From the NCBI GenBank assembly GCA_049472355.1, contig JBLIRP010000106.1:1-11491 (forward strand): a stretch of DNA of 11,491 nucleotides, written 5' to 3'. This document shows, piece after piece, positions 9,227 to 11,491 of the stretch. The DNA is from a bacterium (GTDB lineage: Bacteria > SZUA-182 > DTGQ01 > JAFGSM01). Within the stretch, counting starts at the first letter, position 1, and every line of letters starts with the position of its first letter. A program made the translations under genes and the position numbers. The notes under the pieces are model-generated. The model was not told the DNA's origin. It was given only the letters and a program-made list of their open reading frames with translations, and did not search any database.

Positions 9227-9254
9227 ATTATAGTGCATTTCGGCCCCTGTTCAA
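9227..9254 (-). promoter_or_regulatory. Putative sigma70 promoter for the transporter-usp operon
   Basis: Minus strand TTGAAC (9254-9249) - 16 bp - TATAAT (9232-9227). The -10 ends only 9 nt before ATG 9217. Confidence 0.6.
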
Positions 9255-9268
9255 AGAGGGCTGTTGCA

Positions 9269-9297
9269 TTGAACGGCCGGGGGAGGGATGGTATAAT
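9269..9297 (+). promoter_or_regulatory. Putative sigma70 promoter for the RHH-phosphodiesterase operon
   Basis: TTGAAC (9269-9274) - 17 bp - TATAAT (9292-9297), with an extended -10 TG at 9289-9290. Confidence 0.72.
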
Positions 9298-9344
9298 GAT
9301 ACTCTAATCGTAATACACTTTGACCCATGGTGAGGAGAGAGACG

Positions 9345-9686
9345 GTGCCAAAGGACAAGCGGGTCACCATCAAGATACCCAGGCATCTCTATGAGCGGCT
9401 CAAGCAGATGGTCGAGGGCACCGGGTTCAGCAGCGTCAACGAATTCATTGTCTTCGTCATGCGGGACATTGCCTCCGGGGGGAGGCTGGACCAGGAGGGC
9501 GGCCTGAGCAAACAGGAGATCGAACAGGTGCGGAAGCGATTGCGGGCACTGGGGTATCTGCCGGACGAGAACAGGCGGCACCCACCAAAGGATTGCGGCC
9601 GGCAGGGCGGGGCTGATGAGGAGATTTACTCCGTTGAGGAGGAGGAAAAGATCAGGAAACGCCTGAAGGACCTTGGCTACATATGA
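9345..9686 (+). CDS. Ribbon-helix-helix (CopG/MetJ/Arc-like) protein with a duplicated acidic LxxLGY C-terminal motif
   Basis: RHH pattern RVTIKIPRHLYERLKQMVEGTGFSSVNEFIVFVMRD, then LSKQEIEQVRKRLRALGYL and YSVEEEEKIRKRLKDLGYI. GTG 9345 is preferred as start because AGGAG at 9333-9337 is 7 nt upstream; ATG 9327 is in frame. Confidence 0.85.
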   Translation: MPKDKRVTIKIPRHLYERLKQMVEGTGFSSVNEFIVFVMRDIASGGRLDQEGGLSKQEIEQVRKRLRALGYLPDENRRHPPKDCGRQGGADEEIYSVEEEEKIRKRLKDLGYI

Positions 9687-9690
9687 ACCG

Positions 9691-11043
9691 ATGGGATTGA
9701 ACATCAGACGCTTGTTCAGAACGCAGCGGGTGTTCGTGTTGAGCCTGGACGGGGTCCCCTGTTCCCTGGTGAGGAGCGAAATCGCCGCGGGAATGTTTCC
9801 CTGCCTGAGGGACCTCTTTCAAAAGGGTTCGTTCATGCGGATGGATTCGGTGCTCCCTCCGGTATCCTCTGTTGCATGGTCCACCTACATGACCGGTAAG
9901 AACCCCGCCGGCCACAACATCTTCGGGTTTATCGACCGTGATCCCTCCACGCTCAAGCTCTTCATCCCCACCGGGTGCCATATGAAGGCACAACCGCTCT
10001 GGGAGCGGTTGAGCGAGGCGGGGAAGAGGGTCGTGGTCATGAACGTCCCGGTCACCTCCCCCCCCAGGCCGGTGAACGGCATCCTCATTGCCGGTTTTCT
10101 GGCCACCGATATCGAGAAGGCGGTCTATCCCCCGTCCCTTGTTCCCCAGCTCAAGGAGTGGGGGTATCAGATCGACATCGATGCCCAAAAGGCGCGCGCG
10201 GACCGCTCCTTCTTCATCGAGGACCTGAACAGGTCCACCCGGAAGCGCCTTGCCGTTGCCACCCGTCTCATGGAACAGGAGCCCTGGGACTTCTTTCACC
10301 TCCACATCATGGGTACGGACCGGATCAATCATTTTCTGTGGCGGCGCTGGGAGGACGGGGACCCCTGCTTTGCGCCCGCATTCGAGGAGTACTACCGCTC
10401 GGTCGACCGCTTTATCGGCCGGACCCTGGTCCCGTTTCTGGACACGAAAAAGGGGGTGAGCCTGGTCATCCTCTCCGACCATGGATTTTGCCGTCTCCAC
10501 CGGGAGGTGTTGCTGAACCGCTGGCTTGAGGAGCGGGGATGGCTGAAGATGAAATGCCGCAGCGCGCAGTCCGTGGAGGATATGCATCCCGACTCCACGG
10601 CATACAGCCTGATACCGGGGAGGATCTACCTGAATCTCCAGGGCAGGGAACCACAGGGAAGGGTTACGCCCGACAAGTACCGGGAGACGCTGGAGATGCT
10701 GCGGGAGGCGCTGTTCGATCTCAGGGACCCGGAAACAGGCGACCGCATCATTGCATCCGTGCACCTGCGCGACGAGATTTATAAGGGCGCATACCTCATG
10801 CAGGCGCCCGACATGGTGGCGCTGCCCTGCCCGGGATACGACCTCAAGGGAAACGTCAACCAGCCGGCACTCACCCGGGAAAGCGACCTCGAGGGCATGC
10901 ACACCTTTGACGATGCATTCCTTTTTGTCAGGGACCGGGAGATACGCAGGGAGCGCTTCTCCATCCTCGATGTCACGCCGACGCTCCTCGATTTGCTGGG
11001 GTATCGTCCCTCCCGGGACATGGAAGGCAGGTCCCTTCTATAG
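9691..11043 (+). CDS. Alkaline phosphatase superfamily protein (type I phosphodiesterase/nucleotide pyrophosphatase-like, COG3379-type)
   Basis: VLSLDGV (metal Asp), nucleophile region SVLPPVSSVAWSTYMTGKNPAGHNIFGF, TDRINH, ILSDHGF, EGMH and C-terminal SILDVTPTLLDLLG...MEGRSL. No signal peptide. ATG 9691 is 4 bp after the RHH stop; the ORF track starts at TTG 9673. Confidence 0.9.
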   Translation: MGLNIRRLFRTQRVFVLSLDGVPCSLVRSEIAAGMFPCLRDLFQKGSFMRMDSVLPPVSSVAWSTYMTGKNPAGHNIFGFIDRDPSTLKLFIPTGCHMKAQPLWERLSEAGKRVVVMNVPVTSPPRPVNGILIAGFLATDIEKAVYPPSLVPQLKEWGYQIDIDAQKARADRSFFIEDLNRSTRKRLAVATRLMEQEPWDFFHLHIMGTDRINHFLWRRWEDGDPCFAPAFEEYYRSVDRFIGRTLVPFLDTKKGVSLVILSDHGFCRLHREVLLNRWLEERGWLKMKCRSAQSVEDMHPDSTAYSLIPGRIYLNLQGREPQGRVTPDKYRETLEMLREALFDLRDPETGDRIIASVHLRDEIYKGAYLMQAPDMVALPCPGYDLKGNVNQPALTRESDLEGMHTFDDAFLFVRDREIRRERFSILDVTPTLLDLLGYRPSRDMEGRSLL

Positions 11044-11122
11044 CACGATCCAATGGGCACTTATTCGCTCTGTCTGACGAAGTTGAGAGTCGTGCTTCCA
11101 TGGCCTTTATATTGCCGGAGGG

Positions 11123-11491
11123 GTAACATAGTAGCGTCGCTTCGCTCCGCCTGGCAAGCTTGGTTAGTGGGGGCGTGAGCCTTTTTCTACTCGGGAGAGT
11201 AACATAGTGCGTCGCTTCGCTCCGCCTGGCAAGCTTGGTTAGTGGGGGCGTGAGCCTTTTTCTGCTCGGGAGAGTAACATAGTGCTTCGCTTCGCTCCGC
11301 CTGGCAAGCTTGGTTAGTGGGGGCGTGAGCCTTTTTCTGCTCGGGAGAGTAACATAGTGCGTCGCTTCGCTCCGCCTGGCAAGCTTGGTTAGTGGGGGCG
11401 TGAGCCTTTTTCTGCTCGGGAGAGTAACATAGTGCTTCGCTTCGCTCCGCCTGGCAAGCTTGGTTAGTGGGGGCGTGAGCCTTTTTCTGCT
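11123..11491. repeat. Tandem array of a 75-bp unit, at least 5 copies, running off the window end
   Basis: Unit GTAACATAGTGC[G/T]TCGCTTCGCTCCGCCTGGCAAGCTTGGTTAGTGGGGGCGTGAGCCTTTTTCTGCTCGGGAGA starts at 11123 (76 bp, extra A at 11133, G>A at 11189), 11199, 11274, 11349 and 11424 (truncated). There are no spacers. A degenerate unit tail is visible at about 11101-11122. Confidence 0.97.

Noticed and set aside
8213..9307. 364-aa and 214-aa plus-strand ORFs, and 7298-7858
   Set aside because: Antisense to the well-supported transporter and usp genes, with no family features.
9228..10902. Minus-strand ORFs 9228-9704 and 9652-10902
   Set aside because: Antisense shadows of the RHH and hydrolase genes.
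11042..11096. Inverted repeat AGCACGA...TCGTGCT after the hydrolase stop as a terminator
   Set aside because: The arms are about 40 nt apart with weak internal pairing and no proper U-tract.
11123..11491. CRISPR array (or other guide array with variable spacers)
   Set aside because: Units are identical end to end apart from three single-base differences. There are no unique spacers and no cas genes in the window.

Overview
GC-rich bacterial window from a diderm (LPS-making) organism. The left part is housekeeping: the 3' part of clpC, then bamA-skp(ompH)-lpxD on +, converging on uvrC, which has a small CxxC/CxxC zinc-ribbon gene just upstream on -. The right part is a compact divergent module. 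A DASS/SLC13 anion transporter and an atypical universal stress protein lie on -. A ribbon-helix-helix (CopG-like) protein with a duplicated acidic 'E..RKRLxxLGY' tail and a cytoplasmic alkaline-phosphatase-superfamily (nucleotide pyrophosphatase/phosphodiesterase-like) enzyme lie on +. The two arms appear to be driven by mirror-image TTGAAC/TATAAT promoters. The window ends inside a spacer-less tandem array of a structured 75-bp unit (at least 5 copies, with an alternating G/T variant). The RHH-tail/hydrolase/transporter module and the array are the best candidates for undescribed biology. All calls come from motif recognition by eye; no searches were run.
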